From the NCBI GenBank assembly GCA_019119335.1, contig DWXF01000036.1, forward strand, positions 29,760 to 93,759: 64,000 nt of DNA, given 5' to 3'. Position numbers and translations under genes: made by a program. The number at the start of each line of letters is the position of its first letter. Position 1 is the stretch's first letter. Shown here piece by piece: positions 30,093 to 39,335 of this stretch. The notes under the pieces are model-generated. The model ran no database searches and was not told the origin of the DNA. It saw only the letters and a program-made list of their open reading frames with translations. The DNA is from Candidatus Flavonifractor merdavium (GTDB lineage: Bacteria; Bacillota; Clostridia; Oscillospirales; Oscillospiraceae).

Positions 30093-30303
30093 GTATAGAA
30101 TACCACCCTTTCCCGGGGGAGAGGTGGATAAACTTTGAAGCTTATGTAAACGAAGTGTGAATCCAAAGGGAGGGGACGGGCATGACAAAAATTTCACAAT
30201 ATACTTGTGTAAACTGACCAGACTAATTTTTTTGAAACCAAATTTCATCGGCATGATTGCTAAAAAGCAATTGTTGAAATGGGTGATATGCACAAAAGGG
30301 AAA

Positions 30304-30358
30304 CCTTACCGAATGGAAAGCATGTACTTTTTGGTTAGTAACTTACCGATTTGTGGGG
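30304..30358 (+). promoter_or_regulatory. Three tandem HxlR-type boxes (ACTTAC-N6-GTAAGT-like) upstream of the MFS gene
   Basis: Aligns without gaps over 55 nt with 41673-41727 on the minus strand. Confidence 0.55.
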
Positions 30359-30462
30359 ATTGAAAGGAGCCCCGGGAACCGTTACATTAGGAAACGCGAT
30401 GAGGCAGGTTCCTAGGGAAGCGGGGACACGCCCTTCACTTTGACGAGAGCGAGGGAAACGAA

Positions 30463-31797
30463 ATGGCAAAACAGAAACTCCACGATCCCGGCAATAAGAA
30501 TTCCGTTGTCAACTTCGGCGCTGGCTGGGTGGTCATCCTCTACTGCCTGCTGATGTTCTTCCTGTACGTTGGCATGTGCAACGACGGCGCCAACATCACC
30601 GCCCCCAATGTGGAATACCTCCTGGGCCTGGAGACGGGCACCATTATGAACATGAACTCCCTGGCGGGCCTGGTAGGCGTGGTGTTCTTCATCATCGCCG
30701 GCCAGATCAACCGGAAAATCGGCGCCCGGCTCACCTCCGGCATCTGCTGCATCATCTCCGGCGTGGCCTACATCCTGGCCTGCAACGCCCCCAGCGTGGT
30801 GCTGTACACCGTGGCCATGTGCTTTGTGTACGGCGGCATCATGTCGGCGGGCTACGTGGCCGGCGGCACTCTGGTGGCCACCTGGTTCCCCAAGAAAAAG
30901 GGCGTGGTCATGGGCTACACCACCATGGGCCATAACCTGGCCTCCGCCTTCTATGTCCAGCTGGTGGCCATTCTCATCGCCCCCATGGTGACGGGTATGG
31001 CGGACATCGGCCAGAACTTCAAAACCGGCATTGTGCCCATCGGCGTGGGCGCCATCGTTCTGGGTATCCTGGGCATGCTCTTTATCCGCAACACGCCCCA
31101 GGAGCGGGGTATCAATCCCGACAACGTGTCCGATGAGGTGTACGCCGCCGAGTACGACACCACCGACGAGGTGGAGGGCGACGGCGGCTGGACCACCGGC
31201 AAGCTGCTGCGTACCAAGGAGCTGTGGCTGGCGGCCATCACCACCGGCTTCTTCCAGATCTGCTCCGTTGGCGTAATGAGCCAGCTGGTCAAGCGCAACG
31301 TGGAGCTGGGCTTCCAGCAGCAGCAGGCCATGAACGTCATGACCATCCTGGCCCTGGGGGGCGTGGTTGGCTCCTGGCTGGTGGGCGTCATCGACGACAA
31401 GATCGGCACCAAAAAGACCATGGTGGGCTTCGGTATCTGGTACGCGGTGGCCCTGCTGCTCAACTTCACCGCGGTGGACCAGGTGACGGTGCTGGTCTAT
31501 GTCTCCCTGTTCATGATCGCCATGGGTATCGGCGGCTCCGCCAACTTCACCACCTCTCTGCCTGCCTCCATCTTCGGCCGGCACGGCTTTGACAAGGTGA
31601 ACAGCGTCATCTTCCCCATCCAGGGCGCGGTGACCGCCCTGTGCTTCCTGGTCAACGGCACGGTGCAGCTCATCACCGGCGGACAGATCCGCATGGCCTA
31701 TCTGGTGTTCGCCGGCGTGGCGCTGGTCAACGTGGTGCTGGTGCTGCTGGTGAACGAGCACCGGTATAACCGGGACTTTGCCGCCCAGAACAAATAA
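30463..31797 (+). CDS. MFS transporter (OFA/MCT-like)
   Basis: About 12 TMs; motif A-like GQINRKIGAR and GVIDDKIGTK; WFPKKKG. Confidence 0.88.
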   Translation: MAKQKLHDPGNKNSVVNFGAGWVVILYCLLMFFLYVGMCNDGANITAPNVEYLLGLETGTIMNMNSLAGLVGVVFFIIAGQINRKIGARLTSGICCIISGVAYILACNAPSVVLYTVAMCFVYGGIMSAGYVAGGTLVATWFPKKKGVVMGYTTMGHNLASAFYVQLVAILIAPMVTGMADIGQNFKTGIVPIGVGAIVLGILGMLFIRNTPQERGINPDNVSDEVYAAEYDTTDEVEGDGGWTTGKLLRTKELWLAAITTGFFQICSVGVMSQLVKRNVELGFQQQQAMNVMTILALGGVVGSWLVGVIDDKIGTKKTMVGFGIWYAVALLLNFTAVDQVTVLVYVSLFMIAMGIGGSANFTTSLPASIFGRHGFDKVNSVIFPIQGAVTALCFLVNGTVQLITGGQIRMAYLVFAGVALVNVVLVLLVNEHRYNRDFAAQNK

Positions 31798-31847
31798 GAA
31801 CACATTTAACAGAAACGGGAGCGCGGTTATAACCGCGCTCCCGTTTT

Positions 31848-32921
31848 TCAGCCTCCCAGGGTCATGCCGTCGCCCCCGGACAGGCCGTCCTTCTCCAGCA
31901 TCTGCTCCAGCACCTGCACGTCGGTGGTAATGTCCATGGCGTCGTCCTGGAACAGCTTATCCAGCTGGGCCTCAAACCCGTCCACCACTTTGTCCATCAT
32001 CCCCTCAATGCGGGCCTTGGCCGAGCGGATGTTTTCTCCCTCGATGCCCTGCTCCTCCATCCGGGCGTATGCCTTCAGGATCTTCAGGGTGGTGGGGAGG
32101 TAGTAGTTCAAAAAGCTGCGCAGCTGGCCCGCCCGGTTGGGGTGCTGCTTCTGGAAGGCGAAAATCTTGCCGGTGATCTCCCCGATGCGGTCGATCTTCC
32201 GGCTCATCACCTCGTCGTCGATATCCTCGTTCAGCCGCCGGATCTCTCCCAGCACCGCGTTGTCGTCGCTCATGTCCAGGGGCTCCTCCTCCTGGGGCTC
32301 CGCCGCCTGCTCCTCCGGCTGGGGCGGTTCCTGCACCCCCTCGTCGCTGAGGATGAGCCGGGCGGTGGACATGTCCAGATAACCCGTTTCTAAAATGCCG
32401 CTGTCCAGCATATCCTGGAGATCACGGCACGCCTTGCGGAAGGACACCGGCATGGCCTGGGCCAGGGTGGTGATGGACACGCTCTCCCGCCTGCCGATGA
32501 GGGCCAGATATTTGCGGAAGCGCTTGGCCTGCTTGTTGCGCTGGGTGCCCACCCAGGTCAGGGCCAGGCCGCCCAGGAAGAAGCCGATCACCGGGGACAG
32601 GATGGCCGAGGCGGTCAGAAAGCCAGCGCCCATGGACAGAATGGGAAGGGTGCTGACCAGAGCCACGCCGAAAACGGCGGCAAAGACGATCCCGACCACG
32701 GTCATGCCCTTGCCCCGGCTCAGATCCACGGGCCGTCCCTGCCGGGTCATGCCCTGGGTGCCGGGGGCGGGGCGTTGCTGCTTCCGTTTTCCGCCGCCCA
32801 GCAGCTTGCGCAGCAGCAGAAACAGTCCCACCGGGAAAAAGGTGGCCAGCAGAACCACGGTGACCAGCCAGTATACCAGGTCCTCTGAATTGAGCGGATT
32901 CCAGTTTTGATTGCTTGCCAT
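31848..32921 (-). CDS. XpaC (5-bromo-4-chloroindolyl phosphate hydrolysis) family membrane protein
   Basis: N-terminal TMs; C-terminal FLNYYLPTTLKIL and DITTDVQVL typical of XpaC. Confidence 0.75.
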   Translation of the reverse strand: MASNQNWNPLNSEDLVYWLVTVVLLATFFPVGLFLLLRKLLGGGKRKQQRPAPGTQGMTRQGRPVDLSRGKGMTVVGIVFAAVFGVALVSTLPILSMGAGFLTASAILSPVIGFFLGGLALTWVGTQRNKQAKRFRKYLALIGRRESVSITTLAQAMPVSFRKACRDLQDMLDSGILETGYLDMSTARLILSDEGVQEPPQPEEQAAEPQEEEPLDMSDDNAVLGEIRRLNEDIDDEVMSRKIDRIGEITGKIFAFQKQHPNRAGQLRSFLNYYLPTTLKILKAYARMEEQGIEGENIRSAKARIEGMMDKVVDGFEAQLDKLFQDDAMDITTDVQVLEQMLEKDGLSGGDGMTLGG

Positions 32922-33082
32922 GGGCCATGCCCCTCTCGTTGATCTATGATATTGCGGTTGCTATTGTATCACAGAAGTGTTAAAGATTTGCTGGATAACT
33001 TCTTTAAAAAAGATGAAAGATGAACGTAACTTTATCATACAGCGAAAGCCACAAACTGTAAAGCGGTTTCCTGGAGGCAGGG

Positions 33083-33127
33083 TGTAACCGTTCTGTAATT
33101 GCATTTCCCCAAGGGAATCACTATAAT
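33083..33127 (+). promoter_or_regulatory. WalR-type direct repeat abutting a sigma-A promoter of the VanW-family gene
   Basis: TGTAAC-CGTTC-TGTAAT (33083-33099), then TTGCAT-17-TATAAT (33099-33127). Confidence 0.6.
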
Positions 33128-33209
33128 ATAGAACATTAAGGGCCTTTGCGCCCCTGAGTGATAGATATAACGCCGGGCCGGAGGGCCGGGCGCGCTGGAG
33201 TGATGGATC

Positions 33210-35114
33210 ATGGGACATGTGGAAGGAAAACGGGTGGAGCCCAAGGGCAAGAAGGGGCCGGGCAAGAGCCGGGCGCCCCTGATTGCCGCGGGCGTGGTGG
33301 TGGCCGCGCTGGCGGCCGGCTATGTGGGGCTGTGCGCCTATGCCGGCGGCAGCGCCTTTTGGCCCAATACCACCATCGGCGGTATGGATGTCAGCGGCCA
33401 GACCAGGGAGCAGGCGGTGAACACCCTGGAGCAGACGGCGGCCCAGCGGCTGTCCGGCCTGACGGCCCGCTTTACCTGTGAAGGCAAGGGCTATGATGTG
33501 CCCGGCGGGGAATTTACCACCTATACGGAGGATGCGGTGAGTTCCGCCACCCAGGGGCAGAATGTGAATTTCTTCCTGCGGGGCGCCCGCTATCTGTCCA
33601 GTCTGGCCGCCGGCCAGACATACGACCTCTCCGTGGGGCTGACCAATACGCCCCAGGCGGTGGAGCAGGCCATCCAGGAGTGCGCCGACGCGGAGGCCCA
33701 GACCACCTGGACCTTTACGGACAACCAGCTGGTGTTCCACAAGGGGGTTACCGGCCGCACCATTGATACCCAGGCTCTGACCACCGCCCTGGAGGAGCAG
33801 GTGAGCCAGATGCTCTCCGACGGCTCCACCAGCGCCGATCCGGTGGAGGCCCAGGTGACCACCGCGCCCCCCGCTGAGCCCGACTTTGCCGCCATTCAGA
33901 GCGAAATCTGCGTCCCGGCGGCCGACGCCTATCTGGATCAGGACAGCTATGAGATCGTTCCCTCGGTTACCGGGGTGGACTTCGACGTGGAGACCGCCCG
34001 GCAGCTGCTGAGCGACGCGGCGGAGGGTAGCGACGTCTCGGTACCGGTCACCCTTACCGAGCCCAAGGTCACCACCGCCACCCTGGAGGCCAACCTCTTC
34101 AAGGACGTGCTGGGCACCGGGAGCACCAAGTGCTCCAGCCCCGCCGCCCGGTGGCACAACATCGACCTGGCGGCCAGCCGGATCAACGGCACCATCCTCA
34201 TGCCCGGCGATGTGTTCTCCTACAATGACCACTGCGGGCCCTACACCCTGGCCAGCGGCTACCAGAAGGCGGGTACCTACCAGAACGGCCAGAGCATCGA
34301 CGCCACCGCCGGCGGTATCTGCCAGCTGTCCTCCACGCTGTACTGGGTGACCCTGAAGGCCAATCTGGAGACCGTGGAGCGCAAGCAGCACGCGTTCAAC
34401 GGCGGCTATATGCCTGTGGTGGGCACCGACGCCACCGTGTGGAGCGATGTCATCGACTTCAAGTTCAAGAACAACACCGATTACCCCATCAAGCTCGAGG
34501 CCTATCAGGATAAGAACCACTACCTCCATGTGACCATCTATGGCACCGATACCACCGGAATCCATGGAGAGCCTTACAGCGTTACCGTCTCCACCGTGCC
34601 CTACAAGAATCTCTATAAGCCCGATGACAGCATCCCCGTGGGCAGCGAGCCCCAGCGGGACCCCAACTACAACCGCTACAACGGCATTACGGTGGACGTG
34701 TACCAGAAGCTGGTGGACGCCAACGGCAAGACGGTGGATACCATCTTCCTCTACCGCAATACCTATAAGTCCTCCGACGCGGTGTATTACTACAACCCGG
34801 CGGATGCGGCCCGGCTGGGCATCAATACCGAGACCCAGCTGAGGACCGAGACCCCCGTGACGCCCAGCCCGTCGCCCACGGCTACGCCGTCGGCCACCCC
34901 CAGCGCCACGCCGTCTCCGTCCGCTGTGCCGTCGGCCACCCCCACTGCCACGCCCACCCCGGCTGGTACCCCGTCGGCCACGCCGTCTCCGTCTGATACG
35001 CCGGCGGCGACCCCCAGCGCGGAGCCCACGCCCACGCCGGTGACCACCGCGCCGCCGGTGTTTACCCCGGACCCCAGCCCCACCATGGGACCGGGCATGG
35101 AGCCCGCCGCATAA
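33210..35114 (+). CDS. VanW-family membrane-anchored protein with putative PG-binding domain and Pro/Thr/Ser-rich tail
   Basis: N-terminal TM; GGICQLSSTLY, DATV and FKFKNNT VanW motifs; TPSATPS repeats. Confidence 0.85.
   Translation: MGHVEGKRVEPKGKKGPGKSRAPLIAAGVVVAALAAGYVGLCAYAGGSAFWPNTTIGGMDVSGQTREQAVNTLEQTAAQRLSGLTARFTCEGKGYDVPGGEFTTYTEDAVSSATQGQNVNFFLRGARYLSSLAAGQTYDLSVGLTNTPQAVEQAIQECADAEAQTTWTFTDNQLVFHKGVTGRTIDTQALTTALEEQVSQMLSDGSTSADPVEAQVTTAPPAEPDFAAIQSEICVPAADAYLDQDSYEIVPSVTGVDFDVETARQLLSDAAEGSDVSVPVTLTEPKVTTATLEANLFKDVLGTGSTKCSSPAARWHNIDLAASRINGTILMPGDVFSYNDHCGPYTLASGYQKAGTYQNGQSIDATAGGICQLSSTLYWVTLKANLETVERKQHAFNGGYMPVVGTDATVWSDVIDFKFKNNTDYPIKLEAYQDKNHYLHVTIYGTDTTGIHGEPYSVTVSTVPYKNLYKPDDSIPVGSEPQRDPNYNRYNGITVDVYQKLVDANGKTVDTIFLYRNTYKSSDAVYYYNPADAARLGINTETQLRTETPVTPSPSPTATPSATPSATPSPSAVPSATPTATPTPAGTPSATPSPSDTPAATPSAEPTPTPVTTAPPVFTPDPSPTMGPGMEPAA
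34851..35085 (+). repeat. Low-complexity TPS/ATP coding repeats in the VanW protein tail
   Basis: Degenerate 12-nt units such as CCGTCGGCCACC/G encoding PSAT/TPSP. Confidence 0.7.
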
Positions 35115-35183
35115 AGTCCATGTTCCGCCGGCCCCCCTGGAAACGGGGGGCCGGCGGTGTCGTGAAAGAGAAAGGATGTCAGT

Positions 35184-35861
35184 ATGTTTCAAGGATTTTC
35201 CGGAGCCACCGTGGATTTTCTGTGGGGGATCCGGTTCAATAACGAGCGGAGCTGGTTTGAGGCCCACAAGGAGGAATACCGCACCCATCTGCTGGAGCCC
35301 ATGAAGGCCCTCAGCGGGGAGGTGTATGAGCGCTTTTCCCAGGCCCACAAGGATCTGCCCCTGATCTGCAAGGTGTCCCGCATCTACCGGGACGCCCGGC
35401 GGCTGTTCGGCCGGGGACCTTATAAGGACCACCTGTGGATGAGCCTCCACCGCCCCCATGAGGCAGGGAGCTTTGCCCCCGTATTTTGGTTTGAGCTCAC
35501 CCCGGACAGCTGGTCCTGCGGCATGGGCTTCTGGCAGGCTCCGCCCCTGACCATGGCCAAATTCCGGGCCAGAATGGACCGGGACCCCGGCCCCATGGAG
35601 ACCCTGACCCGCCGCCTGGCCCGGCAGGACCGGTTTGTGCTGGAGGGTCCGGAGTACAAGCGGCCCAAGACGGCCCCCTCGCCGCTGCTGGCCCCCTGGT
35701 ACGCCAAAAAGAGCTTCAGCCTCTGCCAGGAGGGGGAACACTGTGACCTGCTCTGGTCCCACGACCTGGTGGACGCGCTGGTGGAGGGCTATGAGTTTTT
35801 ATTGCCATATTACCAGTATATGGAGCTTTTGGAGGGAGATCCAGACCCGCGGGGAGAATAA
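35184..35861 (+). CDS. DUF2461-family protein
   Basis: NNERSWFEAHKEEY and RIYRDAR...PYKDH motifs. Confidence 0.82.
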   Translation: MFQGFSGATVDFLWGIRFNNERSWFEAHKEEYRTHLLEPMKALSGEVYERFSQAHKDLPLICKVSRIYRDARRLFGRGPYKDHLWMSLHRPHEAGSFAPVFWFELTPDSWSCGMGFWQAPPLTMAKFRARMDRDPGPMETLTRRLARQDRFVLEGPEYKRPKTAPSPLLAPWYAKKSFSLCQEGEHCDLLWSHDLVDALVEGYEFLLPYYQYMELLEGDPDPRGE

Positions 35862-35922
35862 AAAACCGTCCGGCGCGCATACTGTGAGGGCGAAAACCTC
35901 CGGAAAGGCGGCGGACGGAAGT

Positions 35923-36684
35923 ATGAGATACCAATGGAGGCGGCAGCGGCGGTCCGGCTGGACCCTGCTGCTGCTTTTTGCCCTGATTGGGGCGATGGCG
36001 CTGGCGTGGTATGGGCGGCTCGACCCCAGTGTGACGGCGGACGCCCCGCTGGCAGGGGAAGAAGGACTGGAGGAGCCGGAGCAGAAGCTGATCGCCCTCA
36101 CCTTTGACGACGGGCCCAGGCGGTCTACCACCACCGAGCTGCTGGACGGCCTGGCCCAGCGGGGGGTGAAGGCCACCTTTTTCCTCATCGGGGCCCAGGT
36201 GGAGGCCAACCGGGACGTGGTGCGCCGGATGGACCGGGAGGGGCACCAGATCGGCATTCACACCTACGACCATGTGAAGCTCACCGACCTGAACCGGACC
36301 GACTTTGACGCCCAGGTGGAAAAGACCAGGGCGGAGCTGGTGGCCACCCTGGACCACAACGACTTTCTGCTGCGGCCCCCCTATGGAATGCTGGACGACA
36401 GCGTGAAGGCCTGGGCGGGCTGCCCCATCATCCTGTGGTCCATCGACCCGGAAGACTGGAATGACCAGAACGCCGACCGGGTGGTGCAGGAGGTGGTGAG
36501 CCAGGCCAGGGACGGGGGGATCATCCTCATGCACGACATTTTTCCCGAGTCGGTGGACGCCGCCCTTCGGATCGTGGACGCCCTCCACGCCCAGGGATAC
36601 TATTTCTGCACCATTGAAGAGCTCTTTGACGCCAGGGGTATCACCCTGGAGGCCGGGCGGTCCTACTGGAACGCCTATCCCTGA
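35923..36684 (+). CDS. Polysaccharide (peptidoglycan) deacetylase, CE4
   Basis: ALTFDDGP, HTYDH, RPPYG, DPEDW and ILMHD motifs; N-terminal TM. Confidence 0.9.
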   Translation: MRYQWRRQRRSGWTLLLLFALIGAMALAWYGRLDPSVTADAPLAGEEGLEEPEQKLIALTFDDGPRRSTTTELLDGLAQRGVKATFFLIGAQVEANRDVVRRMDREGHQIGIHTYDHVKLTDLNRTDFDAQVEKTRAELVATLDHNDFLLRPPYGMLDDSVKAWAGCPIILWSIDPEDWNDQNADRVVQEVVSQARDGGIILMHDIFPESVDAALRIVDALHAQGYYFCTIEELFDARGITLEAGRSYWNAYP

Positions 36685-36699
36685 AAGGGGAAAACAGCC

Positions 36700-36754
36700 T
36701 TGACAAATAAAGTCTACTAGAGTAAACTTTAAGTAGTCTACTGGAGTAAACTTT
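36700..36754 (+). promoter_or_regulatory. Promoter and tandem operators of the blaI-blaR1-like operon
   Basis: TTGACA-17-TAAACT overlapped by two 20-nt repeats AGTCTACT(A/G)GAGTAAACTTT (36711-36730, 36735-36754), each with a TACT-N2-AGTA dyad. Confidence 0.8.
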
Positions 36755-36769
36755 TAGGAGGGCTGTGCG

Positions 36770-37147
36770 ATGTGTCAGGGCGCAGAGCAGATTCAGGACG
36801 CCGAGCTGGAGGTCATGCGGATTTTATGGCAGTCCCCGGAGCCGGTGGCGCTGGCGGAGGTCCGCCGGGAGCTGGCCGCCCGGTGCGGCTGGGAGGATTC
36901 CACGGTGAAAACCCTGCTGCGCCGGCTGTGCGTAAAAGGGGCGGTCAAGCTGGAGCGCCGGGGGATGTACCGGGCGGTGATCACCCAGGCGGAATATGGC
37001 CGGTGGTCTGCCAAGCGGTTTGTCAGCAAGGTCTTTGAGGGCAGCGCCAAGAAGCTGGTGGCCGCCCTGGTGTCCGACGGACAGCTGAGCCAGGCGGATA
37101 TCGACGAGCTTTCCGCCCTGTTTCATCAGGGGGAGGAGCAAAAATGA
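36770..37147 (+). CDS. BlaI/MecI/CopY-family repressor
   Basis: AELEVMRILW, WEDSTVKTLLRRL..KG and FEGSAKKLVAAL. Confidence 0.9.
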   Translation: MCQGAEQIQDAELEVMRILWQSPEPVALAEVRRELAARCGWEDSTVKTLLRRLCVKGAVKLERRGMYRAVITQAEYGRWSAKRFVSKVFEGSAKKLVAALVSDGQLSQADIDELSALFHQGEEQK

Positions 37148-39264
37148 AGGCCCTGGTGCTGACGCTGCTCTCCCTCTCCCTGTCCGGCAGCCTGCTGTGC
37201 CTGCTGCTGCTGGCGGCGCGGCCGCTGCTCCGCCGGGCGGGCGGGACCACGGCGGCCTATTACCTCTGGCTGCTGGTGCTGCTGCGTCTGGTGGTTCCGG
37301 TTGGAGTGGGGGTGACGATATCTCTGCCGGAGCGGGTGACGGAGCAGGCGGCCTCCGCCCCGCCCGCTGTTCAGCAGGAGCAAACAGGGACACCCGCCGG
37401 AACCCCAGAGGCCGGAAGTACGGCAGCTACGGCGGAGCCAGGGGAGCCGGACGGGGCGCCGGAGACCGCCCCCACCGCTCCCCGGACGTCTGCCCCCGCC
37501 CTGGAGCTGTGGGACGTGCTGGGCGCGGTGTGGCTGGTGGGTGCGGCGGGATATCTGGGCTGGCATGGGGCCGCCGGGGCGGTCTTTACCCGCCGGGTGC
37601 GGCGGTCCCTGCTGCCGCCGGAACCCCGGGAGCAGGCCCTGCTGGACGCTCTGGCAAAGGGCGGGAGGGTCCGGCTGACCCACAGCGGCCTGGTGGATAC
37701 CCCCATGCTCATGGGGCTGCTGTCGCCGGTGATCGTGCTCCCCACCGGTGGGCCTGCCCTGGATAATCTGCCCGCTGTGCTCCGCCACGAGCTGACCCAT
37801 TACCGGCGGCGGGACCTGTGGTACAAGGCTCTGCTGGCGCTGGTCACCGGCATCCACTGGTTCAATCCCTTGGTACATAGCATGGGGCGGGCCGTCAGCC
37901 TGGACTGTGAGCGCTCCTGCGACCGGGCGGTGGTGAAGGGGCTGGACGCCGGGGAGCGGCGGGCCTATGGGGATATGCTGCTGGCCCTGGCCGCCCGGCG
38001 CAGGCTGCCCCCGGGGGTGACGGCCACCACCCTCTGGGAGGGGAAAGGCCAGCTGAAGGCCCGGCTGCTGGAGATTAAGGACTGCAAGCGGGTGACAGGG
38101 GCCGGAGTGTGCGTGATGGCGGCGGTCATTCTGGTTCTGGGCTGCTGTGCCTGCGGGCTGCCGGAGTGGCGGGAAGCGGAGACCGCCCCTGTTTCCCCCG
38201 CTGTCTCCGAGAGCAGGGAGGACCCCTACGCCGGCCTGCTGGCCCGGTATGAGCGGGCCATCCACACCCAGCAGCTGGACGAGGGCCAGCCCGCCCTGGT
38301 GGCCGCTGTGGTGAACCCCGACTGGATCTGGGGGAAGCTGGCCGGCCTCCGCTGCGGGATCGGCTGCGCCCGGATGGATCTGAACGGTGACGGGGTGGAG
38401 GAGCTGGTACTGGGCTGGCTGGACGCCCCCCTGTGGAACATGGACGAGGGATATGTGTTTGCCATCTATACCCTGGTGGATGGCCAGCCCGTGCTGGCGG
38501 TGGAGGGCTGGGAGCGGAACCGCTACGTGGTAGGTGAGGACGGATATCTCTACAACGCCGGCTCCAGCGGCGCGGATCAGCACCAGGGCAGTAAATACCG
38601 CTTTGACCCCAGCCGGACGGATTTTCTGGAGCTGGTGGAGCAGACCCATGACGCGGAGACCGAGGACAGCTGGATGGCCTCCGGCACACCCATCGCCGCC
38701 ACCCCCTTCTGGGAGGAGAGCCTCCCCGCCGGCTTTGAGGGGGTGCTGCTGGGGGAGGAGCCTATCCTCTATGTTGCCGACGGGGCGGCGGAGTCGCGGC
38801 AGGTGTACATGGGGGAAGTGCCCGCCCTGTTCAGCCCGGACAGCCCCTACGCCGCCGTGGGGGGCTGGGCGGCGGTGGACCTGGACGGGGACGGGGAGCA
38901 GGAGACAGTACTCCAGATCACCGATATGGCCAACGACATGGGGGGCTACCTGGTGCTCCGGCGGCAGGGGGGCCGGGTGTATGGCTTCCCCAGCGGCTGG
39001 CGCACCTTCTGGGATCTGAAAACCGACGGCACTTTCCACTGCTCGGAATGGGCGGGGACAAAGGAATCCGTCGTCTCCCTCCGGTTTACGGACAGGGGCT
39101 ATGAGCAGGTGGAACACCTGACAGCGGAGGGAGAGCAGTTTACCTTCACCTCCTTTACGGTGGAGGGGGAGCCGGTGACCGAGGCGGAGTGGCAGGCCGC
39201 CTGGGATGCCCAGGACCAGAAGCCGGACGCCTGGTGGTACGCGCTGCCTGAGGAGACGGAATAA
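37144..39264 (+). CDS. BlaR1-like M56 metallopeptidase signal transducer with non-PBP extracellular domain
   Basis: HELTH zincin motif, HWFNPL and ERSCD; the C-terminal region has two DxxGDG repeats and no recognisable PBP domain. Confidence 0.85.
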   Translation: MKALVLTLLSLSLSGSLLCLLLLAARPLLRRAGGTTAAYYLWLLVLLRLVVPVGVGVTISLPERVTEQAASAPPAVQQEQTGTPAGTPEAGSTAATAEPGEPDGAPETAPTAPRTSAPALELWDVLGAVWLVGAAGYLGWHGAAGAVFTRRVRRSLLPPEPREQALLDALAKGGRVRLTHSGLVDTPMLMGLLSPVIVLPTGGPALDNLPAVLRHELTHYRRRDLWYKALLALVTGIHWFNPLVHSMGRAVSLDCERSCDRAVVKGLDAGERRAYGDMLLALAARRRLPPGVTATTLWEGKGQLKARLLEIKDCKRVTGAGVCVMAAVILVLGCCACGLPEWREAETAPVSPAVSESREDPYAGLLARYERAIHTQQLDEGQPALVAAVVNPDWIWGKLAGLRCGIGCARMDLNGDGVEELVLGWLDAPLWNMDEGYVFAIYTLVDGQPVLAVEGWERNRYVVGEDGYLYNAGSSGADQHQGSKYRFDPSRTDFLELVEQTHDAETEDSWMASGTPIAATPFWEESLPAGFEGVLLGEEPILYVADGAAESRQVYMGEVPALFSPDSPYAAVGGWAAVDLDGDGEQETVLQITDMANDMGGYLVLRRQGGRVYGFPSGWRTFWDLKTDGTFHCSEWAGTKESVVSLRFTDRGYEQVEHLTAEGEQFTFTSFTVEGEPVTEAEWQAAWDAQDQKPDAWWYALPEETE

Positions 39265-39335
39265 CAAGATGCGCGGAGGGGCAGGCCAAAAGGCCTGCCC
39301 CTCCGCATATGAAAAATAGATGAGAGAAAGGAAGC

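Noticed and set aside
31848-32921. XpaC-family gene without its frequent partner telA/yaaN
   Set aside because: The partner could be elsewhere in the genome; nothing else here is unusual.
34851-35085. Tandem repeats as a CRISPR or contingency locus
   Set aside because: In-frame degenerate Pro/Thr/Ser linker codons, with no constant repeat-spacer structure.
36711-36754. 20-nt direct repeat as a mini-CRISPR or att site
   Set aside because: Only two copies, 4 nt apart, overlapping the promoter of a BlaI-family gene. An operator explains it.
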